Shown: positions 49,191 to 60,900 of the stretch, piece after piece
How positions within the stretch are numbered: position 1 is the first letter of the stretch
How the letters are laid out: each line of letters starts with the position of its first letter
Source: Tricharina praecox
Lineage: Eukaryota
DNA length: 64,000 nt
Assembly (NCBI RefSeq): GCF_024521635.1
Contig: NW_026250403.1
Span: forward strand, 496,001 to 560,000
Direction of reading: 5' to 3'
Translations under genes and position numbers: made by a program
Notes under the pieces: model-generated
Databases searched by the model: none
The model's input: only the letters and a program-made list of their open reading frames with translations
What the model was told of the DNA's origin: nothing

Positions 49191-51202
49191 CGTATGTTGC
49201 CGGACCGGGGTGTCCGTGATCAATCATCAGGGTTTTGTTTGTGCAATGGTGATGGCGATGGGTTGATTGACTTCTCTTCTGTGGGGAGGTGGATGCGGGT
49301 TTACCGTTTCTCGTGATCACTGATCACTATGCGAAATGTTTGCCTCGGAGCACCAGCGGCAGCTTCTGCACGGGCAATGTAGTACAAACCCGTATATCTA
49401 ATGTATTGTTCCTGCGTCAGGTTATTGGATATATCATATATCAGGTATAGCGGGGTAGGATTCCTGGATGCCTGGAAAATAAAGTGGGTAGGGTATCCAC
49501 CGGACTTCCTCCAGGATTCGGACTTCGGCAGCGGCTCATAGTCTCATCCACCCATCTAACCGTCCAACCATGAATCTATATATAGACCGCCAATTACCGT
49601 AGTACTCAGTTCCTGTGCACTGTGCACCGCAGAACATATTAATTGGGGGGCCTCAATAAACGGTAGTTAAGCGAGGAGGTGGTCGTATGGCATGGCATGG
49701 CAATGGAGTTTCAGCAGGGCAGAGCAGGATAGCCAGCTTCAAGCAATCGATACCGGTACTATATAGTAGGTAGTATCGCATAGTACCTATAGATTCGCTT
49801 GATAGTGGCCACAAGGGGCCAGCTCGGTGGGGGTTTCAGCCCAACAGAGCAACTTCAATCGACGACGGTATTTATCTATCTACTGCTCTGGCGAAAAGGT
49901 GGCAAGCTGAGAGCTCGATGGGCCGAGCAGGTCCGCCAGTGGATGGATGCGCCCCACTCACGCCCGGCAGATGTGCTACAGATATCTAAAGACAACTTGG
50001 CACGTAGCACATAGTACACATACACAGCGGGGCAACAGTGGTTGGCCTGGAAACAAGGCAACGTCGGTTCCGGAACACTCGGAAGACGGCCGTGGTAGGA
50101 AGTTATGTATGTAGGTACTCATGTAGGTACAGTCACCGGAGTCCCCAGGGATCTGCCGGATCGATTTACCGTTGAATTTACCAAGTGCCTACATAAGTGC
50201 CTACATAAGCAAGTAAGCAGGTAATGTAGGTACCTGTCGTCTGTGTGCGCCCCGGGCCGTCGATAGCGCGATGGCGGATGGATCAGATGTGTATCTATGC
50301 ATAACAGGCGATGCGCCGTGTGACGTAATCCTGAAAGGGCCAGGCCGAGAATGAAAGGTGAGGACGCAGTTGAGGTTATATTCCACTTCGAAGAGCCATC
50401 TAACACCGGTAGGGCTCCTCTCTGCTGCCTATATCTACAACGTTGGTGCCACTAGTTACATCCGGCTAGACCGGCTGCCATATCACTCGGAACCTCCGGA
50501 TCCTGACTAACTAATCTCTCCTCCTCCCATTGTGGCAGACAACACCGTGCCATTCAAACTTAACTACTAACTACAGCCGAATGCACACCCACCCGGCAAT
50601 GGCATACCTACCGAGTACTTGCATACTCCTCGTATTCCTCGGGCCATCCTTCTCCCTTCTCGCTTCTCCCTTGGAAGAAGTTGGCCATAGGTTGCAACGG
50701 TTGCATCGAATTCAGCCTTATCCCATTACCATTCCGGACCCCCGCCTCTCTCTCTGATTCTCTCTCCCACTCTCTCGCCTCTTCTGGCGAGAGAGATGAT
50801 TACTATTCTGGTCCCATTTCAAAAAAGACCTCACAGTGGTTCAATGGACTGAGCACTCGAATGCATGTAGGCAAGTATTCGCGGTGGCTAAACCTCCATT
50901 TTTTCGCGACGAAACCATTATTATTCGAAAGCATAAAAGCATAGCACACATAAAGCATTTAAAAAAAGAAAAAACACATTCTCTCCATGATCCGATCGCG
51001 ATGCAAATAAAAGGCAAAAAAATCCAATGCAGAAAACCCCCCTCCCCTTCCGTCCGTGTCCGTCCCGTCCGTCCGAAAATTAACCCCCGCCCCGCCAGAA
51101 ATGAAACCCCGACCTGACCCCCGACTGTTCCTTGCGTGTTGTTCCGAACGTTCTAAAAGACCGTCATCGACTGATAACGATGATGACCTACTTACTTCCT
51201 AC

Positions 51203-52099
51203 TTAGTAAACGGGCGTGGTCTTGACGCTGTAGGTGGGCGTGGGCTTGCACGGCGCGGTAATGGTGGTGGTGCAGTAGACGGTGGAAACGGCGGTGGTAG
51301 TGGCGAAGCAGGTAGTCGTGGAAGTGGCAGTGGTGGTAGCGGTAGTCGTGGTGGTAGCAGTGCACGTCTTCGTGGTGGTGGCGGTGGTGGTCTTAATGGA
51401 GGTCGTCGTGGATGTCGCCGTGGTGGTCGCCGTGGTGGTGACGGGCTTCGGCGTGGTGCACGGGGTGCACACCGGCTTGTACGGGGTGGGTGTGGTCGAG
51501 CACGACGAGGACGGGACCGAGACCGGCTTGTACGAGGGCGGGGTCACCGACGGCGGGACCGAGACCGGCTTGTACGAGGGCGGGGTCACCGACGGCGGGA
51601 CCGAGACCGGTTTGTACGAGGACGGGGTGACCGATGCAGGCTTGTACGAGGACGGGGTGACCGACGGGGGCGTGGGCTTGTAGACCGAGTTCACGCTGGA
51701 CGAGGAGTAGACGGTCTCGGGGACTACCGGAGGCCTGGGCTTGCAGCCGCTGGGCTTGGGGAAGGTGGGATTGACGGGTCCTCCGCACTCCGGGGTGAGA
51801 ACGCATCCGCCGTACCATTGTCCGCAATCATCGACGAGGTCGTAGCAGATCTGCTGGTCGCACTTGGGCGGTGGAGTCGTGTACGAGGGTGGAGGGCTGG
51901 CGCGCTTGACCATGGGGCATGCCGGGACCTCGAAGATCGGCGCGGCGATTCCGGAACAGGCGGGGTCGGGGTAGCAACCGCCGTATGACATGCCGCACTC
52001 ATTGACGCCGTCCCAGCAGATTTGAGGGCAATCCTGGGGGGCCGGAAGAGCAGTGGAGAAGCCGATGCTGATGGCGGTGAGGAGAATGTATTGAAGCAT
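51203..52099 (-). CDS. Secreted protein with two 6-Cys modules, Pro/Ser/Tyr/Lys (YKP) repeats and a Thr-rich tail; 298 aa
   Basis: Signal peptide MLQYILLTAISIGFSTA. Modules CPQICWDGVNECGMSYGGCYPDPAC and CDQQICYDLVDDCGQWYGGCVLTPEC. Repeats of SVTPPSYKPVSVPP. TATAAA at 52361-52356 followed by a CT-rich leader. Confidence 0.88.
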   Translation of the reverse strand: MLQYILLTAISIGFSTALPAPQDCPQICWDGVNECGMSYGGCYPDPACSGIAAPIFEVPACPMVKRASPPPSYTTPPPKCDQQICYDLVDDCGQWYGGCVLTPECGGPVNPTFPKPSGCKPRPPVVPETVYSSSSVNSVYKPTPPSVTPSSYKPASVTPSSYKPVSVPPSVTPPSYKPVSVPPSVTPPSYKPVSVPSSSCSTTPTPYKPVCTPCTTPKPVTTTATTTATSTTTSIKTTTATTTKTCTATTTTTATTTATSTTTCFATTTAVSTVYCTTTITAPCKPTPTYSVKTTPVY

Positions 52100-53166
52100 T
52101 ATGAGTGAGGGAGAGTGATTGATTGATAGATTGATTAGGTGAGTGAGAGTGTGTGAATAGGCGGAATCGAGTGAGTAACTAGTAACCAAGTAGGTATTAT
52201 ATCAGAAGATATAAAGAAGAGGAGAAGAGGAGAAGATGATGATGAAGGAAGAAGAAGAAGAATCAGAAAGAAGAGGGAAGACAATAAATGCTGGTGTGAG
52301 TATGAGTGATTGTGAGAGGATGGGGAATCAATATTCGTCGGGGGAAACAGACGTCTTTATATCCACTTCGCTCTCCAGCGAGCCCCCACAAACAAGCAAT
52401 AGATATTTCCTCTGGCCAGGCCAATGGAGCGCAGAACGATTGCGGTGGAATTGCCTGTATCTTCCGCTACAAAAAACAGGATCTCTGCAAGGTCAGCACT
52501 GCCCTTTGCACTGTGCAGTCATCCATCGAGCACAGTCGGTCTGTACTTTGCGTGCAGTCACGAGCAGGCTGCCAGGCTGTGAAGGATGCTATTCTCAGAC
52601 CGACTTGCTTTTTGTCCGTGACTGTGGAAGCTCAGCAATCGGCGTGCATCTACCGGGATTATCAGCCCAATACACCTGCTCCACATACCGCCTGGTCCAA
52701 TAACCACCTCACTTTCACGATACTTTCCTCAAGTACCTGTACCAAACCCCGCTCTCTTCTCATCCAACAACCAATACACTCCCTCTGGAACACACTTCAG
52801 CGAGCAGTTTTCTGACTTGTACGTCGCCCGGCTTTGTCAGACTCCAGCCTCCAGGCAGCAATTGTCGGCAATACTATCCAGTTTTCGTTAAATCCCGCGT
52901 CCGAATCGATACCTGAGTCTTCGTGTGTGCATTGTGTAGATTCACGGAAGTACCTAGATCACCGGGTGACGGTTTGAATTCCCTATCGACAGCGAGGAGA
53001 CTCAGGGAGTGCCGATGTTCGAAGTCTCTAGCACGTGGAGGAGGGGGGTTGACTGGTACCAAGCAAGGCGATCCGCGCATACCTCGCCTACATAGGACAA
53101 TATGAATATGAATGGCGGAGCAAGTTTAAGCTTAGATGCGCAGCCATGGCGGTAGGTATTCCCGTA

Positions 53167-53211
53167 TCTGACGGGTTCTGACGGGTTCTGACGGGTTCTG
53201 ACGGGTTCTGA
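53167..53211. repeat. 10-bp tandem repeat (TCTGACGGGT), about 4.5 copies
   Basis: Directly visible. Confidence 0.9.
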
Positions 53212-54548
53212 ACAAACCGTTCTGAGTATTCGGCGCGGGGTATGCGAGAGGCTGGGCTGGGCAGTGGGATCAGGGCTGATTCTCCAGCCTCCATCCGGCT
53301 TTGCGTGTATTGTTAGCTCAATCGCCGCAGCACCGCTACACTGGGTAGACATTGGTACCGGGTTGCTCGTACCAGTACCGTGGGCTAGGTAACCCACGGG
53401 CCACCCCTCACTCGCGGGCGAGTCTTCGATTCCCCACCGCCGCCAGGATCAGCATCAGGTCGAATCAAACGGCGTAAAGCCCGCTGTGTCTAACCACGCA
53501 ACTCCGCAAGGACGGCGACCAGCTATTGGCTGTGGCGTGTTTCCAAGTTCAGCTTTACTGCATCCCAGCCCCACCCAGCGCCCAGCGCCGAGGGCTGAAT
53601 CAATGCATGCATGTACCGTGCTTGGTAAGATGCACAACTCAGCTCCATGAGGGCCTAGAATCATAGATGTGTCCTGTGGCTTTACGCCTGGGACGAATCA
53701 GTTCCAGACTTCCAGTAGTGGTGGTACTGTCACTGCTGTGGGGCGTTGTTGCCTGAATAAAGTCTCAAGGAGCGGGGCTGAATGGGCCAGCCAGGCGGGT
53801 GGAATAGGTACTCAGGGATAGGTGGGACGCCGCGAGAGGTAGCTACATACATAACTTACATATCGGACAAAGCACAGCAGCTGAGCAGGAGAGTGTCCCG
53901 ACTCCCGACTCCAGAGATGTCCCGACTCCCGACTCCAGAGATGTCCCGAGTCGTCAATCCCGCGCATCTAAAAACCCTGTATTCACTGCTTCGCTGTGCT
54001 GCCTTCATCTGTCGACCATTTTCTAGGCTATTCCATGTCATCATGAGCCTTTTTCCTTGCAATCACCATCCACAATCACCTCTGGAGGATTCCTCCACCT
54101 CCGCCCTCGCACCGACCAAAGCATGAGACTTCCAGCCCCCATTCACTTCCGTTGCGCCATCATGTCGTCGCCACACCAAATTCCGTTCGCCTGCTGGTCA
54201 CCGTAATCGATCGAATCTTCATTCACCTCACAACGAGCATCATCATCATCTTCTTCTTCATCGTCTATCACTAAGAACTTCGTATTGAGCCTAAATTGGC
54301 CGAGTCAAGCTCGGCCATCAATGCTCTAAACCTTGTTTGTTTATCGCGCAGGGGTCGGACAAAAAAACGCGCCAGTACGACAACCCCACCATCCCACTCA
54401 GTCACCTAACACGCTTCATTCACGTCGCCTCATCGCCTTCACGACTCGCGAAACCCGCAACAAGTCCCACAACCACAAACACAACCACGAGCACCCCCCA
54501 ACCCAACCCCAACTTCACCAGTTACAACGACGCGGGAGAAAAAAAAAG

Positions 54549-55466
54549 ATGATGACCACACCGGCACAATACATTTTCTCGGGCAACGACCGAAACGGCA
54601 GCCGCGACAGCAGCACCGACCACTTCAGCGTGTCGCCTCTGCCAGTCGAAATGTCGTTCGCGTTCGACCAGCCCACGTCACCCGCGAGCACAATTGTCGA
54701 CGGCGACGGCGACCGTGGTGACGACCACAACGCGATGGACTGCGACTTTGAATCGGTGCACGGAAAACTCAACGCGCTGGATCTGTCCGACACCGACATG
54801 GAGGACAGCGACAGCGACAGCAACTTTGCCACCGACAGCGCGCCGTCGTCTCCCTCCGCATCGTCCTCAGAAGGATCCGAAGGAGCCAATGACACCGACG
54901 ACATCGACGAAGACGACCCTATCCCGCCGCTCGATGATGACGAGGAGGGGGAGGGGGAGGAGGGTGCCGCGATCGCTGCTGCTACCGCATCGAGGAACAA
55001 CCCGTGGATTCCACCGCACTTCATGTCGCCCCAGTACGAGACGTGGCTGGCCGCACAAACGCCGAACATATTCTTCACGCTCAAGGTCAAGCCGTTAGTA
55101 TTGGGCTCCATGATCGCCGCGCACTCGATCCGGCTGTGGTATCGCGACTTTGCCTCGCGCGATGCGTTCCTGCAGGCTGTAGTTGACGAGTATAAGTTGC
55201 TCGATGTGACCGAGATCAGCGGGTTCGTTATCAAGGAGCGCCGCAGTAGGGCGTGGTTGGAGTTTGGCGCTGATGAGGATTCTTGGAATACTGTCCTGGA
55301 CCGCATCCGTAATCGTTACGCAGATGAGAACCTGACCGGCAGCGGGATGGCTGTGAGGGCGGAACTCAAGGTGCTCGTGGGCGGACAGGAGGAGGTGCTG
55401 TGGGGCAAGATTGTCGAAAAGGGCAAGTTCGCGAACGGCGATCTCGATGATGATCCCGACCTGTAG
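54549..55466 (+). CDS. Hypothetical protein: acidic disordered N-terminal half plus about 140-aa globular C-terminal domain (PB1/beta-grasp-like); 305 aa
   Basis: Long ORF with coding-like codon usage, first in-frame ATG at 54549, D/E/S-rich N-terminus and amphipathic patterning in the C-terminus. Confidence 0.75.
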   Translation: MMTTPAQYIFSGNDRNGSRDSSTDHFSVSPLPVEMSFAFDQPTSPASTIVDGDGDRGDDHNAMDCDFESVHGKLNALDLSDTDMEDSDSDSNFATDSAPSSPSASSSEGSEGANDTDDIDEDDPIPPLDDDEEGEGEEGAAIAAATASRNNPWIPPHFMSPQYETWLAAQTPNIFFTLKVKPLVLGSMIAAHSIRLWYRDFASRDAFLQAVVDEYKLLDVTEISGFVIKERRSRAWLEFGADEDSWNTVLDRIRNRYADENLTGSGMAVRAELKVLVGGQEEVLWGKIVEKGKFANGDLDDDPDL

Positions 55467-55711
55467 ACGTTTCATCGAGGATGAGAATGAGCAAAGCGGC
55501 TCATGACAACTTTTGTAACGATGTATGATAACGGCTTTTGGTTGGTTCGAATGGAGGTCAAGCGTGGAGTTGGATACCCCTGGGGCGTTGTTTTGGGTTT
55601 TGTAACGATTTGTTTTCTTGCTTGTTTGTGTAGCGTAGGAGGGGTATTAGTATTTTATAGCTAAAAGTAGCTAGGAAACACGGGCTCTTGAACCTCCCAT
55701 ACAGAACCCAT

Positions 55712-57937
55712 CTATTTCTTTCTCCGTCTACCCGGTCGTATGGGCTCCGGGGTGCCGTATGGATTCCACTTATATCGCTTCCTCACTGATGTAATAATGG
55801 GCTGTGGCTTCACCACCTCGCCGACAGCACTCCACCTCTCTTCCGTTCCAATCACCTGAAGCTCGACCACAATCTCTTTACATACACCACAGGAAACATC
55901 CGCATAATTTTCCGTTGCACCGTTGCGTACCTGTGAAGTCTCCCAAACCGTATACCAGCACCATTCACAGGCATGGTGTCCGCAAGGATCGTATTCCCAT
56001 CGAGCGCCGAGATGCAGGGAGTGGCATATCTGACAAGGAATTTCGGGCGGGGGTAAGGGTGCCTCCTGCGGAGAAAATGGCCTTGGACCGGGGAACATCA
56101 TATGGAGGGCCGGAGATCTTGGAATGAAGGCGGCAGACCCGATCCGTAGCGGGTTGCCTGGAATAGGGGCAAATAAGGCGGCATTTTCGTCCCCGGAAGT
56201 GATGCCCTCGCCGCCGCCGCCGAGGTTGTTGATGCCGCAGCCATTGATTTCGGGGCTAGTGCCGAGCGAAAATCGTAGCGGCGATGGCGGTGGTGGAGGT
56301 GAACCGGGTTCAAATATTGACGGAGGTGCGTAGTCAAGGGTGGGTGCGGGTGATGGGAGGAGGGGGATCACCACCGATCCTAGGCGAGGCCCTGAGTGGG
56401 GAGGGAGCCCGGAATCGGGGGCACTTCTAGACGGAGTGTCGGCCCATGTCAGGGAAGAATGTTCGTTCCTGCGCAGCTCCGCCCGCCATGCCAAGGGCGT
56501 GGCGGGCAGGTGCACTGGTGAGCTGCCCTCTGGGTAATAGTAGTCCATATTTCGGCACATACTATCAAGTTCGGGCATTTTGCTCCAGTAGTTGTCGCGC
56601 TTTTTTCGTAGCGGTCCGCTCTTTGTCCGCCTAAGCCTCGGCGCAGGAGTCTTCGGACCCGCCCTTGCAAGAGTTCCTATAGCGAATGATTTCCGTCGGC
56701 GCACATGAGACGGTGGTGGTGATGACCAGGTCGGCGATAGAGGTGGCGCATTCCAGGTTAGTTCCTCTTCTTGTTCACTGGGCGTTCTCCGGTCTGGGGG
56801 TCCTTGGAAGGCCAGAGAACTCTTGCGACGCGAACTTCTCCTGATTTGAGTGGGCGTAACGGCAGTAGCCGCAAAATATTGCACCTGCTTTCCATTCTCT
56901 GCTAGAGCCGTATCTCTCAGCCGCCTCTCCTCGTTGGCGCGGAAGGCTCGGAGACTGAGCGGCGGTGTTGCGGGCTCCGTTACATCTGTTCCTCGGTCTC
57001 CGGCCCCACCATTGGCCCCAATAGCTTCCTGCGGCACATATGCTTCTTCTTCTTCTTCATCCTCTGTTGTAACCTCAGGAAGGTCTTGATCTGCCTGAGC
57101 ATCATCTTGGACTGTAATTTCGAGCTCCACGTCAGGTTCCACCCCAACTTCTACATTAGGTTCTCTCTCGGGCTCCACCTCAGGCTCAACCATTGGTTCC
57201 GCCACTGCTTCCACGGCCTGATCCAATTCCGGTTCGTGTTCAACTGGACGCCTAAAATCTGCCCATGGTAGCCACACTCGAATAGTATCCCCATCATATA
57301 TGAGTTCCTCATCCTCCTCCTCCCAACCCTCCTTCAGCATTTCGATACTAGGAAGCACTCTCCACACTTCTGCCCTCGGCTTCCTGGAGCCAGCAACGAT
57401 CTGAGATTGGCGGGAATCACCAGGGGGTCTAGCCAAAGTGGGAACAGCCGATAAACGTGTTTTGCCGGATCGTCGCGTTCCTTGTCGTATCCCCGCGACA
57501 CGTGACCGTGACGTCGACGTCGATGGTTGGCGGCCATCTTCCACGTCTTCCCCGGAAACCCCGTCCGCCCTTGAAACGAGTACTGGCGACGATTTGGGAT
57601 CGGTATCGTTGAGCAATAGGGATTTCTCAACGCGCATTCCTCGTCGTGGTACCGGTGTCCTTCGTGATGATTGCTTGTCTTGTTGTTTGCCATGGCTGCT
57701 TTGGCGTTTCTCCTCTTCCACCACCACCACTACCACCGCCTCCTCCTCCTGCTGCTGCTGCTGCTGCATCTCCTGTACCTCCTGTACCTCTTGCACCGCC
57801 TTCTCTGCCTCTTCAACCGCCTTCCTTCGTCTTCGTCCACTCGCGTCTCGCTTCAGCCTCGATCCCTCGCACCCCCCTCTCTTCTCCCTTTGTACCGAGT
57901 CCCGGAACCGACGAGCAGAACTTAAAAGACTAGCCAT
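55712..57937 (-). CDS. Largely disordered protein with a C-terminal C3HC4 RING finger (putative E3 ubiquitin ligase); 741 aa
   Basis: Uninterrupted 741-codon ORF. CQIC-x13-CGHHACEWC-x22-CGVC fits RING-HC spacing. The rest is E/P/S/R-rich. Confidence 0.8.
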   Translation of the reverse strand: MASLLSSARRFRDSVQREKRGGCEGSRLKRDASGRRRRKAVEEAEKAVQEVQEVQEMQQQQQQEEEAVVVVVVEEEKRQSSHGKQQDKQSSRRTPVPRRGMRVEKSLLLNDTDPKSSPVLVSRADGVSGEDVEDGRQPSTSTSRSRVAGIRQGTRRSGKTRLSAVPTLARPPGDSRQSQIVAGSRKPRAEVWRVLPSIEMLKEGWEEEDEELIYDGDTIRVWLPWADFRRPVEHEPELDQAVEAVAEPMVEPEVEPEREPNVEVGVEPDVELEITVQDDAQADQDLPEVTTEDEEEEEAYVPQEAIGANGGAGDRGTDVTEPATPPLSLRAFRANEERRLRDTALAENGKQVQYFAATAVTPTQIRRSSRRKSSLAFQGPPDRRTPSEQEEELTWNAPPLSPTWSSPPPSHVRRRKSFAIGTLARAGPKTPAPRLRRTKSGPLRKKRDNYWSKMPELDSMCRNMDYYYPEGSSPVHLPATPLAWRAELRRNEHSSLTWADTPSRSAPDSGLPPHSGPRLGSVVIPLLPSPAPTLDYAPPSIFEPGSPPPPPSPLRFSLGTSPEINGCGINNLGGGGEGITSGDENAALFAPIPGNPLRIGSAAFIPRSPALHMMFPGPRPFSPQEAPLPPPEIPCQICHSLHLGARWEYDPCGHHACEWCWYTVWETSQVRNGATENYADVSCGVCKEIVVELQVIGTEERWSAVGEVVKPQPIITSVRKRYKWNPYGTPEPIRPGRRRKK

Positions 57938-60900
57938 GCTTATCCGCTCGCTTCGCTATCTTGCTAGTCTTATTGCCGATCGGTCGTTTTGCTTAAGTCG
58001 ACGTCGACTGCGTTTGCCGGATGGATATGTAGCAAAGGTTTTCAGCCGTCCAACCCAATATTCCCCGCGAATAATGTTGGAAAATCACGTGTAGACGTGC
58101 TTTCCTAGAGGGGAGGTTGTGGAGTAGTCGCAACGACGGTAAGTAAGTAAGTCCTCAGATAGGAAGAATAAATGGTGTTGAAAGGAATAGACGGAATGAG
58201 TGATTGAGACGGCTGGAGACGCCTGGAAACCGTCGCTCTCCCCCCTCCATACAGAGATACTTGAGGCGAGGGGGCGGTCTCGTGCAATTGCAGCTCGCTT
58301 GCTTACGTACATTGCTAGTGGACTCCTGTTGGCAGGACAACCAACCACGGGGACGTTGGTATGCATACATGCGCAGGTCGCTTCTGTCTACACTATCCCC
58401 TCCCAATGATCAAGATTCTCTCGCGCCTGTTCACCCTCTACTCCGGACGTGATTGGCGGCGTCTAGAAGTGGGAGTGGATAATGCGCTATCGCAGCACCG
58501 CACGAGTGACAATCCGTGAATACGCGCTCACTGGGCGAAGAGAGCGGCAAAGCAAAAACTTCATCCCCTCGCACAGCGGCCAGGAAGACGACGTTTTTGT
58601 TTATGGAGGAAAACCCGAAGGTAAAAAACCTCTCCACGCAAGGGGCAGTATGTCAGTTCGCTCTACTTTTGCCACGCTGTTGTGCTCGTTCTTGACTCTC
58701 AACTCTTAACTCTTGAATCTTAAAGGATGGAAAGCGGAGGGGGGGAGGGAAGGTGGAAATAGCTGATGTGAAGAGGAAGAGGAAGGGATGGGTTTTATAT
58801 GTGGCGCGGGCTTGGGTTTTGAGTTGCACTAGCGTGTAGAATTTGGTGAGTCCAGAATTGAAGCATAAAGTGTAAGCTTGCAAGATCTGGAAGCTTCCGT
58901 TGAACCGTCTCCATCCACAGACCGAGTTTCATGCTTAAAATTCTCTTTCCATCATTGAATAGCATATAATCCATCTAGATCATGGCAAAACGCATAGGCC
59001 ACCCGAGTATCGCCCCAGAATGTAGCTAAGCAGATCAGCAGGATCCGGCGGCTCACTTCCCCGTCCACCACCTGGGCAAACCTGATGATTCACAATGTCA
59101 GCGTGGATATTTTGGCCTTGCCGCATGCATCCTCAATCTCGCCGACTTCCGCTAGCTGGGGCTCAAAGCGTATCCAAAATACATGCTTTGCTGCTGTCCA
59201 ACAACTGATGGATGCGCATTCACTCATTATTACTCGTGCAGTGCTCCGGGAACAATATTCAATACTCCCAGTTTCAGACGCCGCCTACAGCGTCCGGCGA
59301 AGAGTAGATATCGACCGTTGGGATGGGGTGGTAGAGGAATGGATATACCTCCTTGCCTAGGTGTTGAGTCTCACGGGGGTGACCGTAGTACCTATCATCC
59401 TCTCTCGTCGCGGTGTGTCTCTATAGGTTGGCTGCTATTGCGGCATCAAACTACGCAAGCCTACTCGCGGGAGTGCTCGCGGGAGATTTCATCATGGAAA
59501 GTAGCAAAGGCGCTCGCCACCATTCCACCTTTGTGGCTATTTTTTTATTTTTTGTTTTTTGTTTAATCAGTAATTGCCCGCGCGTTTGTCGTTATTCCGT
59601 GCTGTGGGAACGTGTTCATGAGAGCTCACTCGTACATCGAGTGACTTCGTCTGATTTCAAACATGTGTCGACACCTTGGAATGTAGCGGCGTTTCCTAAA
59701 AAGCAGACTTTTGAGTCGCGGCTAGTGCGATGGTAGTGCTTGCTTGAAATCTCACCAACTTCAACTATAAAATGCTTCTTTCCTCTCAACTCTTCCTCCA
59801 TTTCTCCTCCACCCATTCACAACAATCGCTATTCACTCTTCAACCTCTTCCTCTCATTCTTTCCCATCCGACACTACTTATTGATTCATGCTACTGACTT
59901 ATAAATAGTTCTCACCGTCCGATATCGACACCGAGTTTTACCCTTTCCGGTACGTCTTCCCCCCCCCCCCCCCACCTTCTTGTGATTTCCAGGATAACCT
60001 TACAGAGCTATCCTCCTCAGCCGTAGCAGCGAGGAACTGAGGGATCCGTGGAGCCGGTCTACAAAGTAGACTGTTGCAGCGCCAATAGACGGATCCAACC
60101 CTCGAGGCTGAGCAGAAAAGGTCCAAGGCAGGATGAGGTTTTCTCTTGTGCTGCCGGCACAAGTTCTTTCCCCCTTCCTCTGGGTGGTCCAAGTCGGTCG
60201 GTCAAGACTCGACTTACCGACTTGCTCCCCCCGTTGGATGGCCTCGCCGACACCGGGTGACAGTCGGTCTCGTGACGGGGAAGAAAAAAAACAAGAAGTA
60301 TAACTTGGTTTACTACCTCCCCAAGTTATATGCGGAGGTTTTCTTCCTTTTAAAGGTCTTTCCTCCGGCCATGCATACATGTGAGGCATGCATGGCCTTT
60401 GGCCAAAATGTTGTTGCTCTGGCCGCTGTGCGAGACAACGATATTGACGCAGCTGGGCTCGCGGGTTGGTTACTGCTGGGGCCGGTATGCTAGTAGTCGG
60501 CGTATGAAGTGGCAAAAGTGCTGACTCGGCAGAGAACTAAATCTTCTCCGATGGTTACAACTTGGCTGTCGTTCGGCGAAGAGTACGGTGTATGTATCGG
60601 CGTAATTGACTGCACACTTGATTGATGGCCACTTCCCGTGTCGTGGTCCACTGCTGGTTGCTACCTACCTAGTCATCAACGATAGCTACGAAGTGTTGCT
60701 GCTCTGGCCGCTGCGCGAGAGGATTGTTGATGCGAATGTGAATTGTATTGATACCATATAAAGACAGTCTGTACTACGGAAGTAAAAGCGCTGCGCGAGG
60801 GAACGAAGTTTTTGGTTTCTACGTATTCGGTTGTGACAATGAGATTCGGGGCTATGGCGTGGGTATTGTAAGGACGTCGCATGCTTTGGTCAGTCAACAA

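Noticed and set aside
51056-51988. 310-aa Gly/Arg-rich plus-strand ORF (RGRG repeats)
   Set aside because: It is the antisense shadow of the Pro/Ser/Thr-rich secreted gene, which has the signal peptide, Cys modules and TATA box.
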